Below are positions 21,301-29,922 of a DNA stretch of 51,935 nucleotides, one piece after another (position 1 is the first letter of the stretch; every line of letters begins with the position of its first letter). The notes below the pieces were generated by a model. That model made no database searches, had not been told where the DNA came from, and saw only the letters and a program-made list of their open reading frames with translations. The DNA is taken from contig JBLIRO010000035.1 of NCBI GenBank assembly GCA_049472335.1, positions 1 to 51,935 of the forward strand. The letters are read 5' to 3'. The position numbers and the translations under genes were made by a program. This DNA comes from a bacterium (lineage in GTDB: Bacteria > SZUA-182 > DTGQ01 > JAFGSM01).

Positions 21301-22820
21301 ATGACAGTATCCGCCTCTATGGTGAATTCCGACCCTTCAACCGGTATGGGCCTTCTCCTGCCGCTGGAATCAGGTTCACCAAGCCTCATATTCACACATT
21401 CCACACCGGTTACCTTTCCGTTACTGCCCAGTATTCTAACAGGGGAAGCCAGATAATGGATCTTTATGCCCTCCTTTTCTGCAGCTTCGATCTCCCACTC
21501 ATAGGCAGGCATTTCTGATCTGGATCTTCTATATAAAATATGGACCTCGGAGCCAAGTCGCAAAGCGGACCTTGCCGAATCGATGGCGGCATTTCCTCCA
21601 CCGATAACAATGACCTTCTTTCCTGTTTCCATCTTCTCCTTAAGGCTGACCTTCCTCAAGAAAGTGACGGAATCGAGGATTCCCTCCAGTCCTTCCTCCC
21701 CCGGAATGCCAAGCTTCAGTCCCTGATGCGCTCCAGTTGCGATAAATATTGCTTTATGATCCTTTAAAAGGTTATCTATGTCTCTATCGCCGCCGATGGG
21801 TGTATTTGTCTTTATCTCAACACCGGCCTCCCTGATGAAATCTATCTCCTTCTGAAGAACATCCCTGGGAAGACGAAACTCCGGGATGCCCACAGCTAGC
21901 ATTCCGCCCGGGACAGGCAAAGATTCGAATACAGTTACCCCGTAGCCCAATAATGCCAGGTCATACGCTGCAGTCAGCCCCGCCGGCCCTGAGCCGATTA
22001 TAGCGACCTTTTCTTTGCGTTTTTCTCTCTTTCGCGCATTCAACGCTTTGGTTTTCGACTCTTTAGTTTTCGATTCATTAGTTTTTGACTCTTTAATATT
22101 ACACTCTTGCTGCCTTTGCCCTCCATAATCCGCAGCAAACCGCTTAAGAGCGCAGATACTGACAGGCTCGTCCACATCCCCCCTTCTGCATTCCTCCTCA
22201 CAGGGATGGGGACATATGCGGCCGCAGACCGCAGGCAGAGGCATCCTCTCTCTTATCAAATCAAGTGCCTCAGCATATTTACGGGCGCGTATGAGCGCGA
22301 TGAAACCCTGTATATTTATGCCTGCCGGGCATCTCACCCTGCAGGGTGGTGTCCCCTTTTTGTCTATGGTAAAGACATTCGGGACCGCCTGGGGAAAGAG
22401 TGTATATATGGCCTTCCTGTTCTTGAGACCGAAATCGAATTCCGATTCCATCTCAACCGTGCATTGCTCACTGCAATGGCCGCAGCCATTGCATTTCACC
22501 GCATCCACATATCTTGGATGTTTCTTTATCCGCACCTTGAAATTCCCTGGTTCACCATCAACACTCATCACCTCCGCATAGGTGATCAGCTCTATGTCCT
22601 TATGTCTTCCGCAATCGACCAGCTTGGGTGAAAGGATACACATGGCGCAGTCATTGGTCGGGAATGTCTTGTCCAGTTGAGGCATAACCCCGCCGATGGA
22701 GGGCTTTGACTCCACCAGGTAGACCTTGTATCCGGACTCTGCCAGGTCCAGGGATGCCTGGATACCTCCGATCCCTCCGCCAATAATCAATACAGCCCCT
22801 ATTTTTGTATCCTTTTTCAA
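18321..22820 (-). CDS. hdrA: HdrL-like protein: HdrA with an inserted GltD-like NAD(P)H oxidoreductase domain plus a second HdrA module
   Basis: N-terminal HdrA Rossmann motif; PCRVRCPAG...CGRICPHPCE, GSGPAGL, GGGNAA, YRRSR, GGDAVTG; two QCVGSR motifs. Likely TTG start at 22820, because the ORF-track start lies inside a repeat element. Confidence 0.9.
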   Translation of the reverse strand: MKKDTKIGAVLIIGGGIGGIQASLDLAESGYKVYLVESKPSIGGVMPQLDKTFPTNDCAMCILSPKLVDCGRHKDIELITYAEVMSVDGEPGNFKVRIKKHPRYVDAVKCNGCGHCSEQCTVEMESEFDFGLKNRKAIYTLFPQAVPNVFTIDKKGTPPCRVRCPAGINIQGFIALIRARKYAEALDLIRERMPLPAVCGRICPHPCEEECRRGDVDEPVSICALKRFAADYGGQRQQECNIKESKTNESKTKESKTKALNARKREKRKEKVAIIGSGPAGLTAAYDLALLGYGVTVFESLPVPGGMLAVGIPEFRLPRDVLQKEIDFIREAGVEIKTNTPIGGDRDIDNLLKDHKAIFIATGAHQGLKLGIPGEEGLEGILDSVTFLRKVSLKEKMETGKKVIVIGGGNAAIDSARSALRLGSEVHILYRRSRSEMPAYEWEIEAAEKEGIKIHYLASPVRILGSNGKVTGVECVNMRLGEPDSSGRRRPIPVEGSEFTIEADTVIRSISQALSLNFLGKKHGFEVSSRGSFVVDEETMATNKPGIFAGGDAVTGPRTAIEAIAAGKKAAISIDRYIRGRDLKEGRAAEMTPVDTSQPAKLSKGMEGVERQKTNEIPSRKRLAGFREIDLGFDEETAIKESERCLNCGGCSECMVCETACEAGAINHKQKEEEMEIEVGAILLAPGYQSFDPESRPQYGYKRFPNVVTSVEYERILSASGPFHGHVVRLSDRKEPRKIAFIQCVGSREEGQNYCSSVCCMYSTKEALITKEHAPETEITIFYMDMRAYGKEFDKYIDRAQKEYGIKYVRCRITEIEEIADNHDLKIRYETEDGELLEDDFSLVVLSVGLRPPANIEEIRERLGIELNKYNFIRTNPWAPEETTRPGIYVCGASSEPRDIPETVTQASGASAKISALLSSARGTLLKEKIYPEEMDVTEQPPRVGVFICNCGINIGGVVRVPEIVEFAKTLPDVQYVEENLYTCSQDTQDKIKEKIAGHKLNRVVVASCTPRTHEFLFRNTIREAGLNPYLFELANIRDQCSWVHMYEPERATQKAKELLSMAVAKARLLKPLHPASITIESKALVIGGGLSGLTASLSLADQGYEVYLVEKEKELGGNLRRLYYTLNGPDPQKLLRDTIKKAEGNKRIHIYKDTELKEVSGYVGNFKTTIKTGAGVQKKELREIDHGIIIVATGAQESVPQGYLYGENDRIITQSDLERRLSEKRPEILDLKNIVMIQCVGSRNDEHPYCSRICCSEALKNALNLKEQNPDVNIFILYRDIRTYGFKEEYYEKAREKGITFIRYDLGAGPEVCSENGYLLLKVLEPILHRKVRIIPDLIVLSPAIVPNNNKELAKLLKVPLTGDEFFLEAHVKLRPLDFAADGIFLCGLAHSPRFIEESISQANGVAQRAATILSKDHLEAQGTVVYVNKRWCTGCGICVSVCPYDAREIDEKTGIAKINEVLCQGCGACAAACPSGATQQRGFEKCQILSMVDAATG

Positions 22821-22852
22821 ATCTATATATCCCTCTATCCTTTTCTGGTAAT

Positions 22853-23005
22853 CTCTCAAAATCCCGGCGCGACTTTGAGATAAATTGCAAAATGCAAAAT
22901 GCAAATTTTAAAATTTAAAATAATGTATTCCTTTAATTTGCATTTTTCATTTTACAATTTGCAATTTTCATTAACTACTCGAAAACCACACGGTTTTTGA
23001 ATAGT
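22853..23005. repeat. Structured dispersed repeat (REP/MITE-like), copy 1
   Basis: Reverse complement closely matches 51783-51933; internal TGCAAAA/TTTTGCA heptamers; three hairpins. Confidence 0.88.
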
Positions 23006-23012
23006 TATTTTT

Positions 23013-24980
23013 TTATCCTTCCAGGGCATCGATTATGTTAAATACCTGGGTGCTCGTGAGGTTTCTCAACTGGCATGCCCCGTTCGGACAGGCGCAGGCA
23101 CATGCGCCACACCCTTCACATACCACCTCGTTCACCCTGGCTACCTTTCGTTTCGTATCAAGCTCAATTGCTTCATAGGCACATGCCTTGATACACCTTC
23201 CACACCCACTGCACACCTCATCATCGATATACGGGACAATGGGTTCATGCGATAGTTCCTCCCGGGAAAAAAGTGTAAAGACCTTACTTGCCGCCCCGCT
23301 TGCCTGCGCGACCACATCCGGTATGTCCTTGGGGGCCTGGGCGCAACCCGCCAGATAGAAGCCGGCAGTCAATGTCTCAACAGGCCGAAGCTTCGGATGG
23401 GCTTCTGAGAGAAATCCATAAGCGTCCGTCTGAATCTTCAGCTTCCTCCCAAGCTCCTTTATGCCCGGTGACGGAACGATCGCCATGGAAAGGACAACCA
23501 TATCGCATTCCACCTTGATCTGTTTCCCCAGGACCGTATCAGCGCCCAGGACAGTGAGCTTGCCATCATCATTCTTTAAGACCCTGGAGACCTTGCCCCT
23601 GATATAAATCACCTCGTCCTCTTCCTGGGCCCTTTCCATAAACTCCTCGTAATTCTTTCCGCCCGCCCTTGTATCGATAAAGAATACAATTGCCTCTCCG
23701 TCCGGCACCTTATGCTTATAGAGCATGGCATGTTTTGCGGTATACATACAGCATATTTTGGAGCAGTAGGGGAAATGGTGTTCCCTGTCCCTTGAGCCTA
23801 CACATGCAACAAACACCACCCTCTTTGGGACTTTGCCGTCGGACGGCCTCCTTACTTCGCCCGCGGTCGGACCGGAGGCGGACAAAAGGCGCTCAAAGGC
23901 AAGCCCGTCAGTGATATCCGCGTACTTGCCCATCCCGTATTCAGGGAGGTTTTCCATGCCGTAAAGCTCGTACCCTGTTGCCACGACCACGGCGCCGACA
24001 TCTTCTTCAATATAGGAAACTTCATCCTTGAAATTGATTGCCCCTGCCTGGCATGTCTTCTCGCATAATTTACATTTGCCGGTTTTGAGGTATAAACAGT
24101 TTTCACTGTCTATAACCGGTTTATTGGGAACGGCCTGGGGAAAAGGCACATAGATCGCCTTCCTTGTCTTTAAACCCCTGTCAAATTCAGAGGGAACTTT
24201 TGTTGGGCACTTTTCTGAGCAAAGCCCGCATGCCGTGCATTTATTCCAGTCAACAAAGGTCGGTTTCCTTTTTATCCTGACCCTGAAATTTCCCACATAC
24301 CCTGAGATCTCTTCCACCTCGGAATATGTCAACAGTTTTATCCCCGGATGCTGCCCCGCCTCCACCATCCTCGGTGTAAGGATGCACTGTGAACAATCCA
24401 GCGTGGGAAATGTCTCCGACAACTGGGCCATATGTCCGCCGATGGAAGACTGCTTCTCGACCAGGACCACCTCGTATCCCGAGTTTGCAATATCCAGTGC
24501 CGACTGTATCCCGGCGATCCCTCCGCCAATGACCAATGCCCTCTTTGTCATATGGACCGAAACAGGCAGAAGCGACTCATCCAGCCTTAACTTTTCAATG
24601 ATGCTGCGGATAATGCCTATGGCCTTTTGTGTGGCCCTCTCTTTATCATTCATATGCACCCAACTGCATTGCTCTCTGATGTTGGCGATCTCGCATTGAT
24701 AAGGATTCAACCCTGCCGAGGATATGGTCTTTCTGAAGGTCGCCTGATGGAGCGTCGGTGAGCAGGAAGCAATGACAATGCCTTCCAGGTTCTTATCCCT
24801 GATGGCATCCTTTATCATCTTTTGCCCGGGTTCCGAGCACATATAGACATAATCCACACATTGAGCCACACCGGGGTAGTCTTTTACGGACTCCACTATC
24901 CTTTTGACATCGAGGGTACCGGCAATGTTTGTCCCGCAATGACAAATAAAAACACCTATCTTTTTCCCGTTCAGCTCCAT
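23013..24980 (-). CDS. hdrA: Canonical heterodisulfide reductase subunit A
   Basis: CHCGTNIA, YMCS, SCSP, NIREQCSW, GGGIAG, TFPTLDC, CVGSR...CSKICC and a C-terminal ferredoxin domain. Confidence 0.96.
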   Translation of the reverse strand: MELNGKKIGVFICHCGTNIAGTLDVKRIVESVKDYPGVAQCVDYVYMCSEPGQKMIKDAIRDKNLEGIVIASCSPTLHQATFRKTISSAGLNPYQCEIANIREQCSWVHMNDKERATQKAIGIIRSIIEKLRLDESLLPVSVHMTKRALVIGGGIAGIQSALDIANSGYEVVLVEKQSSIGGHMAQLSETFPTLDCSQCILTPRMVEAGQHPGIKLLTYSEVEEISGYVGNFRVRIKRKPTFVDWNKCTACGLCSEKCPTKVPSEFDRGLKTRKAIYVPFPQAVPNKPVIDSENCLYLKTGKCKLCEKTCQAGAINFKDEVSYIEEDVGAVVVATGYELYGMENLPEYGMGKYADITDGLAFERLLSASGPTAGEVRRPSDGKVPKRVVFVACVGSRDREHHFPYCSKICCMYTAKHAMLYKHKVPDGEAIVFFIDTRAGGKNYEEFMERAQEEDEVIYIRGKVSRVLKNDDGKLTVLGADTVLGKQIKVECDMVVLSMAIVPSPGIKELGRKLKIQTDAYGFLSEAHPKLRPVETLTAGFYLAGCAQAPKDIPDVVAQASGAASKVFTLFSREELSHEPIVPYIDDEVCSGCGRCIKACAYEAIELDTKRKVARVNEVVCEGCGACACACPNGACQLRNLTSTQVFNIIDALEG

Positions 24981-25163
24981 ATTTTATTGATTCAGGCTAT
25001 TTGATAAATCCTTTGTTGATTTCATGTTGATTAATTAACCGGTAAAAATATCCAATAATCGCTTCTAACAATAAGGGAGATAACACATTTCTCCTATTCT
25101 CTTATCGGAAAAATTGATCAAATGAATGGCCTGTCCAGATAATGAAAAATAAATAGGATTAAG

Positions 25164-25355
25164 TTGGCACTGCTCCTGGAAATGCTAAACATAACCAAGG
25201 ATGCAACTTATATTGTTGGAGACCGACTTTTCTGTGTTGAATGGGAAACAGGGAATATTTCTTCCAGCCACAGGGCAATAAATAAAATGGCCCTTGGTAT
25301 AATCAGGGATATTTTAATTGGAGGAATCCTTATTGTGCCGACCAGAAATTTGTAG
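25164..25355 (+). pseudogene. BamHI-family type II restriction endonuclease fragment
   Basis: DATY...VEWETGNISSSHRAINKMALG matches the BamHI catalytic segment (recalled as MEFETGNISSAHRSMNKLLLG). Only about 60 aa remain; convergent with the methyltransferase. Confidence 0.82.
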
Positions 25356-25397
25356 AGTAGCCTTTTGTTCTAATATCCGCATCTTTATCGCCTGATT

Positions 25398-26270
25398 TTA
25401 ATCCTCAATATAGTCATCAGAATTGTGAGGAGAGATTCCCTTGTTTTCAAGACGTTCTATTATCACATCACAACTTTCCATCTCAATTCCGATCCAATGT
25501 CTGTTTTCACGCTCACATACATCATAAGTAGTCCCGCTCCCCCCAAACGGATCAAGAACAATATCATGTTTTTCTGTCGACATTTGGATGGCTCGGTTGA
25601 CCAGCTTTGTAGATAATTGATTACTGGTTCTTTTTCTACTCTTGAATTTCCAGTGTCTGAAAGGGGGAATATCATTCCATACATCTGTAAGGTTCACTCC
25701 CTTAGGATTCATAGCGCCCCTATGGCCTCCATAATCCTTTATCTCCCTGCCGCAATGCCGGCAACACTCAATGGGCGTCCTGATCCTCCTAAAGGTCTTA
25801 GGCTTTCCCTTGGAGTAATATAAGAGGCTATAATGGGAAGGATATAAACGCCCGGGAATAGGGAGAGATAATTTTATATTGATGGCTATCCAGTGACGAA
25901 AATCCAAACCACACTCATTCAGATAATTACCTAGTATGATGTTCCATTTGGGTATATTATAGATAAATAACGATCCACCTTTTTTGAGTACCCGTAAACA
26001 ATGATCAATCCATGACTTGCACCATTTTACATATTCCTCATCAGGCATATTATCATTTATATTTACACCATAATCCTTTGAGAGATTAAACGGTGGATCA
26101 GCGAAAACCATGTCGATTGTTTCTTTTCGGATATATGGCAGTATCTTAAAACAATCCCCTTGATATAAAACTCCCAATTTTGTTCCAAAGATGCATTGAG
26201 TTTCAATTTCTTCCGCAACAATTCCCCTTGGCTTCCATATTTCAACTGTTTTATTAACTTGTACCCTCAT
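25398..26270 (-). CDS. Beta-class amino-DNA methyltransferase, M.BamHI-like (probably m4C)
   Basis: FADPPFN (motif IV) precedes VLDPFGGSGTT (motif I); the LYPSHYSLLYY and C..CGREIKDYGG...MNPKG segments recall M.BamHI. Confidence 0.9.
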   Translation of the reverse strand: MRVQVNKTVEIWKPRGIVAEEIETQCIFGTKLGVLYQGDCFKILPYIRKETIDMVFADPPFNLSKDYGVNINDNMPDEEYVKWCKSWIDHCLRVLKKGGSLFIYNIPKWNIILGNYLNECGLDFRHWIAINIKLSLPIPGRLYPSHYSLLYYSKGKPKTFRRIRTPIECCRHCGREIKDYGGHRGAMNPKGVNLTDVWNDIPPFRHWKFKSRKRTSNQLSTKLVNRAIQMSTEKHDIVLDPFGGSGTTYDVCERENRHWIGIEMESCDVIIERLENKGISPHNSDDYIED

Positions 26271-26279
26271 AATGAATAA

Positions 26280-26308
26280 ATTATGTCACCATAAATAGCC
26301 CAGGTCAA
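26280..26308 (-). promoter_or_regulatory. Sigma70-type promoter of the methyltransferase (near-leaderless transcript)
   Basis: TTGACC-17 bp-CATAAT, ending 9 bp before the ATG. Confidence 0.5.
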
Positions 26309-26522
26309 TAGAAATTTTTAATATGCACCATTGAAAATTATTTATAAAAATTGTGGCAGCTTATCAGCAGTCATTTAACAAGATTCTTGATCGTCCTCCC
26401 TTCCCCTCCCCTCATCTTGCCTCAAAAATTCATATTTTTTCACTTTCGTACACTCTCTGATCAATTGACGAAAATGATAATAGAAAATTTTTGTATGATG
26501 ATAATAGATTATAGGTGATGAG

Positions 26523-27077
26523 ATGAATAAAAATCTTAATAATCCAAATATTGTTTTATGTGGTTCATTTAGAAAAGATGACAAAGGGCTAAGAGAACTA
26601 TTTGCAAAATTAAGAGACTTTCATTTCAATGTAATATCCCCCCAAAATGTTGACATAGTTAGTGAAGAAACTGGATTTGTATTTATGAAAGGGGAAACAT
26701 GTTTTACTCCAGAACTTATTGAAAAAAATCATTTATTAAATATTCAAAAAGCAGACATTGTTTGGTTGTTTGCTCCTGATGGATATATAGGATATACAGC
26801 ACTTGCAGAAATCAGTTATGCAATCTCAATTGGTAAAGAGATTTTTTTAGAATCATGTTCATTACCAAAAGAGATCGAAAAATTTCCCATACATGTGGTC
26901 TCAACTCCAAGTGATGCAATTCATAAATCAGATTATTCAAATTATAATTTGAATTATAGAAGATCAAAGTATGATTTTAAAAACAGAGAGATAACAAGAT
27001 CATTTTGGGAATTAGCAATTAATAGAAGTATGGAAAACAATGATAAATTAAAAAAATTAGCATATAAATTATTTTAA
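26523..27077 (+). CDS. Nucleoside 2-deoxyribosyltransferase-like (NDT/N-glycosidase fold) protein
   Basis: IVLCGSF...VISP...HL..I..ADIVWL..PDGYIG.TA.AEISYA...GK pattern with the conserved NDT-type Glu. Confidence 0.65.
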   Translation: MNKNLNNPNIVLCGSFRKDDKGLRELFAKLRDFHFNVISPQNVDIVSEETGFVFMKGETCFTPELIEKNHLLNIQKADIVWLFAPDGYIGYTALAEISYAISIGKEIFLESCSLPKEIEKFPIHVVSTPSDAIHKSDYSNYNLNYRRSKYDFKNREITRSFWELAINRSMENNDKLKKLAYKLF

Positions 27078-27095
27078 GTCATAATAACTGGATTA

Positions 27096-29672
27096 ATGAA
27101 TTATATGAAAACATCAATGAAAAATTTCAATGGATTAACACAAATAAGAAAAGATCTACAAGATCTATGTGATAAACATCCCAAAAGTCTTGAAATTTTT
27201 AAGATTAAGAAGGGTATCAGTTTTAAAATTAATCATGAAGAAAATTTAAATAATGATAATGGTGATCTCACTCATATGACTACCACTGCAACTTGCATAG
27301 AATCTATTTTAGAAATTTCTGATATATTCTTACCTAAAAATGGCAATAATAATTTCGATATAGATAATTTAATATCTAGTTTTATAAAAAAGGCATTAAA
27401 ACGTAAATTTAAAAAATGGAAAGCAGAAGGTTCTGCAGAGATTTATTGTCGTTGCAGGGCACTTCCTTTGATAGTGTCGTATATAAAATGTGAAGAGAAA
27501 AATGGTAAATTAATATATGAAATTATTAGTAATAATGGTAATAAATGCTTAAAAATTAATGATCTTAAAATAATTCATAAACACATTTCTCATATATTAT
27601 TGCAGTTATCTAAAAATCGAAAAGCAATTGGTGAATTTTGCTGTGAAGACGCAGGAGACAATAATAATAAAAAAATTAATAACAATCATTATCCAGAAAA
27701 TGCTTATCATACATTTTATACTCTTAAGATATTAGAGGATTTTAAAAAGTTGAACAAAAAAATTTGCCCTATTAATGGATATCAAACTAATAATGGTAAA
27801 AAAAGGACTGCAAAAGAAAAAGTTTTGAATAAAAAAGCAATTGAAGAAATAAAAACAGGATTATTAGACTGGTCAGAAACATTTCTAGCAAAACAAATAG
27901 CTTATCATGAGGCAGACTCTCCTTATAAAGACTCAGATCAATTGGCATGGGCTCTTTCAATACTAACACGGTTTCGTGAAGATCTGAGTTCTGCTTCACC
28001 AATCAGAGATTTAATAAAAAAGGGATTCGAATGCCTATTTAATGCTCAAAGACCGGATGGAATCTGGATAACTGGTAAGCCGCTATTCCATTTTAAAAAT
28101 GCTGGTGATGCTCATTGTTATATGTTTGAAACATTCTCAGAAATTATTAAGAGCGCCTTGAAGAAAGAAAATGATTTTTTAAGGCAATTGCTGGAAATTA
28201 ATTATGAAAAATTACTAAATATGATAAAGTATGCAAATTCAACATGTATTTATTATAAAAACCCTCGTAATAATGAGCTTCTTTGTCTATGGTCATCCGG
28301 CCATCGTATTAATAACCTGCGTGCCGAGTCTTGGGCAACTGCTTCTGTTTATGCGTTTTTTCAACAAATGAGGCGATTGATTGGTTTTTGGACTAAAGAG
28401 AAGGTATTAAAAAATTTACATAAACCAAATATTACTATTTATTCTCAAAAAGAATCTTTGGAAAAAATTAAAGAAAGAGGATTTGCCTGGCGCTTTAATG
28501 AAAACGAAATTCAACCAAGTGAGCATCTATTGAATTCCTTTGTAAATCCAATACTAATAAAAAAAGCCCAAAATGAAGAAGAAATTGAGCCGGATAAATA
28601 TATTATTAGTGAAAACCAATCCAGATCTGCTATATTATTTGGCCCACCTGGGACTAGTAAAACAACATTAGCACAATCAATGGCTGGCGCAATTGGATGG
28701 GACTATATTGAAATCAATGCTAGTGATTTTTTATCAGAAGGATTACCTAATATTCATAAGAAGGCCGACGAAATATTCGATCAATTAATGGAATTAGATC
28801 AAACTGTCATTCTATTCGATGAAATAGATGAATTAGTAAGAAGCAGAGAGAAAGAAGATGGCTCTGATATTTATGGGAGATTTTTAACCACAACCATGTT
28901 GCCTAAAATAGCAAAATTATGGCAACAAAGAAAAGTTATTTTCTTTGTTGCAACTAATTTTTTGAAAAATTTTGATTATGCCATAATCCGGGGACACCGT
29001 TTTGACAGTTTAATATATATCCCACCTCCATCATTTGACATAAAAAAAAGAAAATTAAGAAAAATACTAAAGAAACAATATGGATTAACTTGCAAAATAA
29101 ATGTGACAGAAGATGAAATCAATGATATTGTAAAAAAAATTCAAACAAATATGAATGTAAAGGATATAAATAATAATGATAAGAATTTTGAGATAATAAT
29201 CAATAAAACAAATTGGTCTCTGGTAAAGTTTGTTTTTATAAGGCATGACCAACTTTCATCTTTAGCAAAACAGTTATATGAAGAAATTTCCAAAAATAAT
29301 ATAAAAGTAAAGCAACCCAAAATAGATAAAAAATTGTTAGAGACTGCATTAAATAATATTCCTGATCCTGGATTAAAAGAGGCATTGGTAATTAAAAGGT
29401 TCATAGAAGAAAAGGATAGAACTCAAAGGGATTGTGAGCATGTGACAGTTTGGGAAGTTGATAAATCTAATCCCCCTAATAACCTTGAAAATAATTTTAT
29501 GGAAAAAGAAGCTGATAAATTTCGGAAAGATGTTTTTTTTAAGAACGAGAAGGATGAAAAATATTGGTATATCCCTGGATACTCAGAAATCGACGAGAAA
29601 TTACTAACTAAGAAAAAGTTAGAAAAAGAAGTTAATGATAAAAAAATCATTTTAAAAGTTAAAAACAGCTAA
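27096..29672 (+). CDS. AAA+ ATPase with a long N-terminal helical (alpha/alpha toroid-like) domain
   Basis: Walker A GPPGTSKT, Walker B ILFDEIDE, sensor-1 VATN, SRH AIIRGHRFD; QRPDGIW (QW-like motif) in the N-terminal region. Confidence 0.82.
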   Translation: MNYMKTSMKNFNGLTQIRKDLQDLCDKHPKSLEIFKIKKGISFKINHEENLNNDNGDLTHMTTTATCIESILEISDIFLPKNGNNNFDIDNLISSFIKKALKRKFKKWKAEGSAEIYCRCRALPLIVSYIKCEEKNGKLIYEIISNNGNKCLKINDLKIIHKHISHILLQLSKNRKAIGEFCCEDAGDNNNKKINNNHYPENAYHTFYTLKILEDFKKLNKKICPINGYQTNNGKKRTAKEKVLNKKAIEEIKTGLLDWSETFLAKQIAYHEADSPYKDSDQLAWALSILTRFREDLSSASPIRDLIKKGFECLFNAQRPDGIWITGKPLFHFKNAGDAHCYMFETFSEIIKSALKKENDFLRQLLEINYEKLLNMIKYANSTCIYYKNPRNNELLCLWSSGHRINNLRAESWATASVYAFFQQMRRLIGFWTKEKVLKNLHKPNITIYSQKESLEKIKERGFAWRFNENEIQPSEHLLNSFVNPILIKKAQNEEEIEPDKYIISENQSRSAILFGPPGTSKTTLAQSMAGAIGWDYIEINASDFLSEGLPNIHKKADEIFDQLMELDQTVILFDEIDELVRSREKEDGSDIYGRFLTTTMLPKIAKLWQQRKVIFFVATNFLKNFDYAIIRGHRFDSLIYIPPPSFDIKKRKLRKILKKQYGLTCKINVTEDEINDIVKKIQTNMNVKDINNNDKNFEIIINKTNWSLVKFVFIRHDQLSSLAKQLYEEISKNNIKVKQPKIDKKLLETALNNIPDPGLKEALVIKRFIEEKDRTQRDCEHVTVWEVDKSNPPNNLENNFMEKEADKFRKDVFFKNEKDEKYWYIPGYSEIDEKLLTKKKLEKEVNDKKIILKVKNS

Positions 29673-29820
29673 CCTGCTATCAGTAAAAGCTACATTGAGA
29701 CATTGCCCCTGATATTAAGCAACTCATCCAAGAGTGTTTTTGACAAGATTATAGTGTCTTTTATACCCTCCTTTGGATTGATACACACAACATATAATAA
29801 ATTATCATTGAATAATTGTT

Positions 29821-29849
29821 TTGACAAAAGTAAAAATTCTGTTTATACT
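29821..29849 (+). promoter_or_regulatory. Sigma70-type promoter
   Basis: TTGACA-17 bp-TATACT upstream of the ATPase at 29923. Confidence 0.65.
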
Positions 29850-29922
29850 TTTATCCATATAAAACAATGTCCTGTCAATTATTAATTAAAATCAATTGAA
29901 TATAAAAAAAAGGATAAACATT

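Noticed and set aside
22821..22904. N-terminal extension MHFAFCNL... of the HdrL-like protein
   Set aside because: It begins inside the repeat element; paralog alignment and an RBS-like sequence favour the TTG at 22820.
22853..23005. CRISPR array
   Set aside because: These are heptamer repeats with no repeat-spacer periodicity; no cas genes are seen.
13148..24699. Numerous antisense ORFs over the hdr genes
   Set aside because: These are shadow ORFs of GC-richer coding sequence with no recognisable motifs.
12802..24980. Selenocysteine recoding in HdrA/MvhD
   Set aside because: All the ORFs are continuous and carry Cys at the usual positions; no in-frame TGA is needed.
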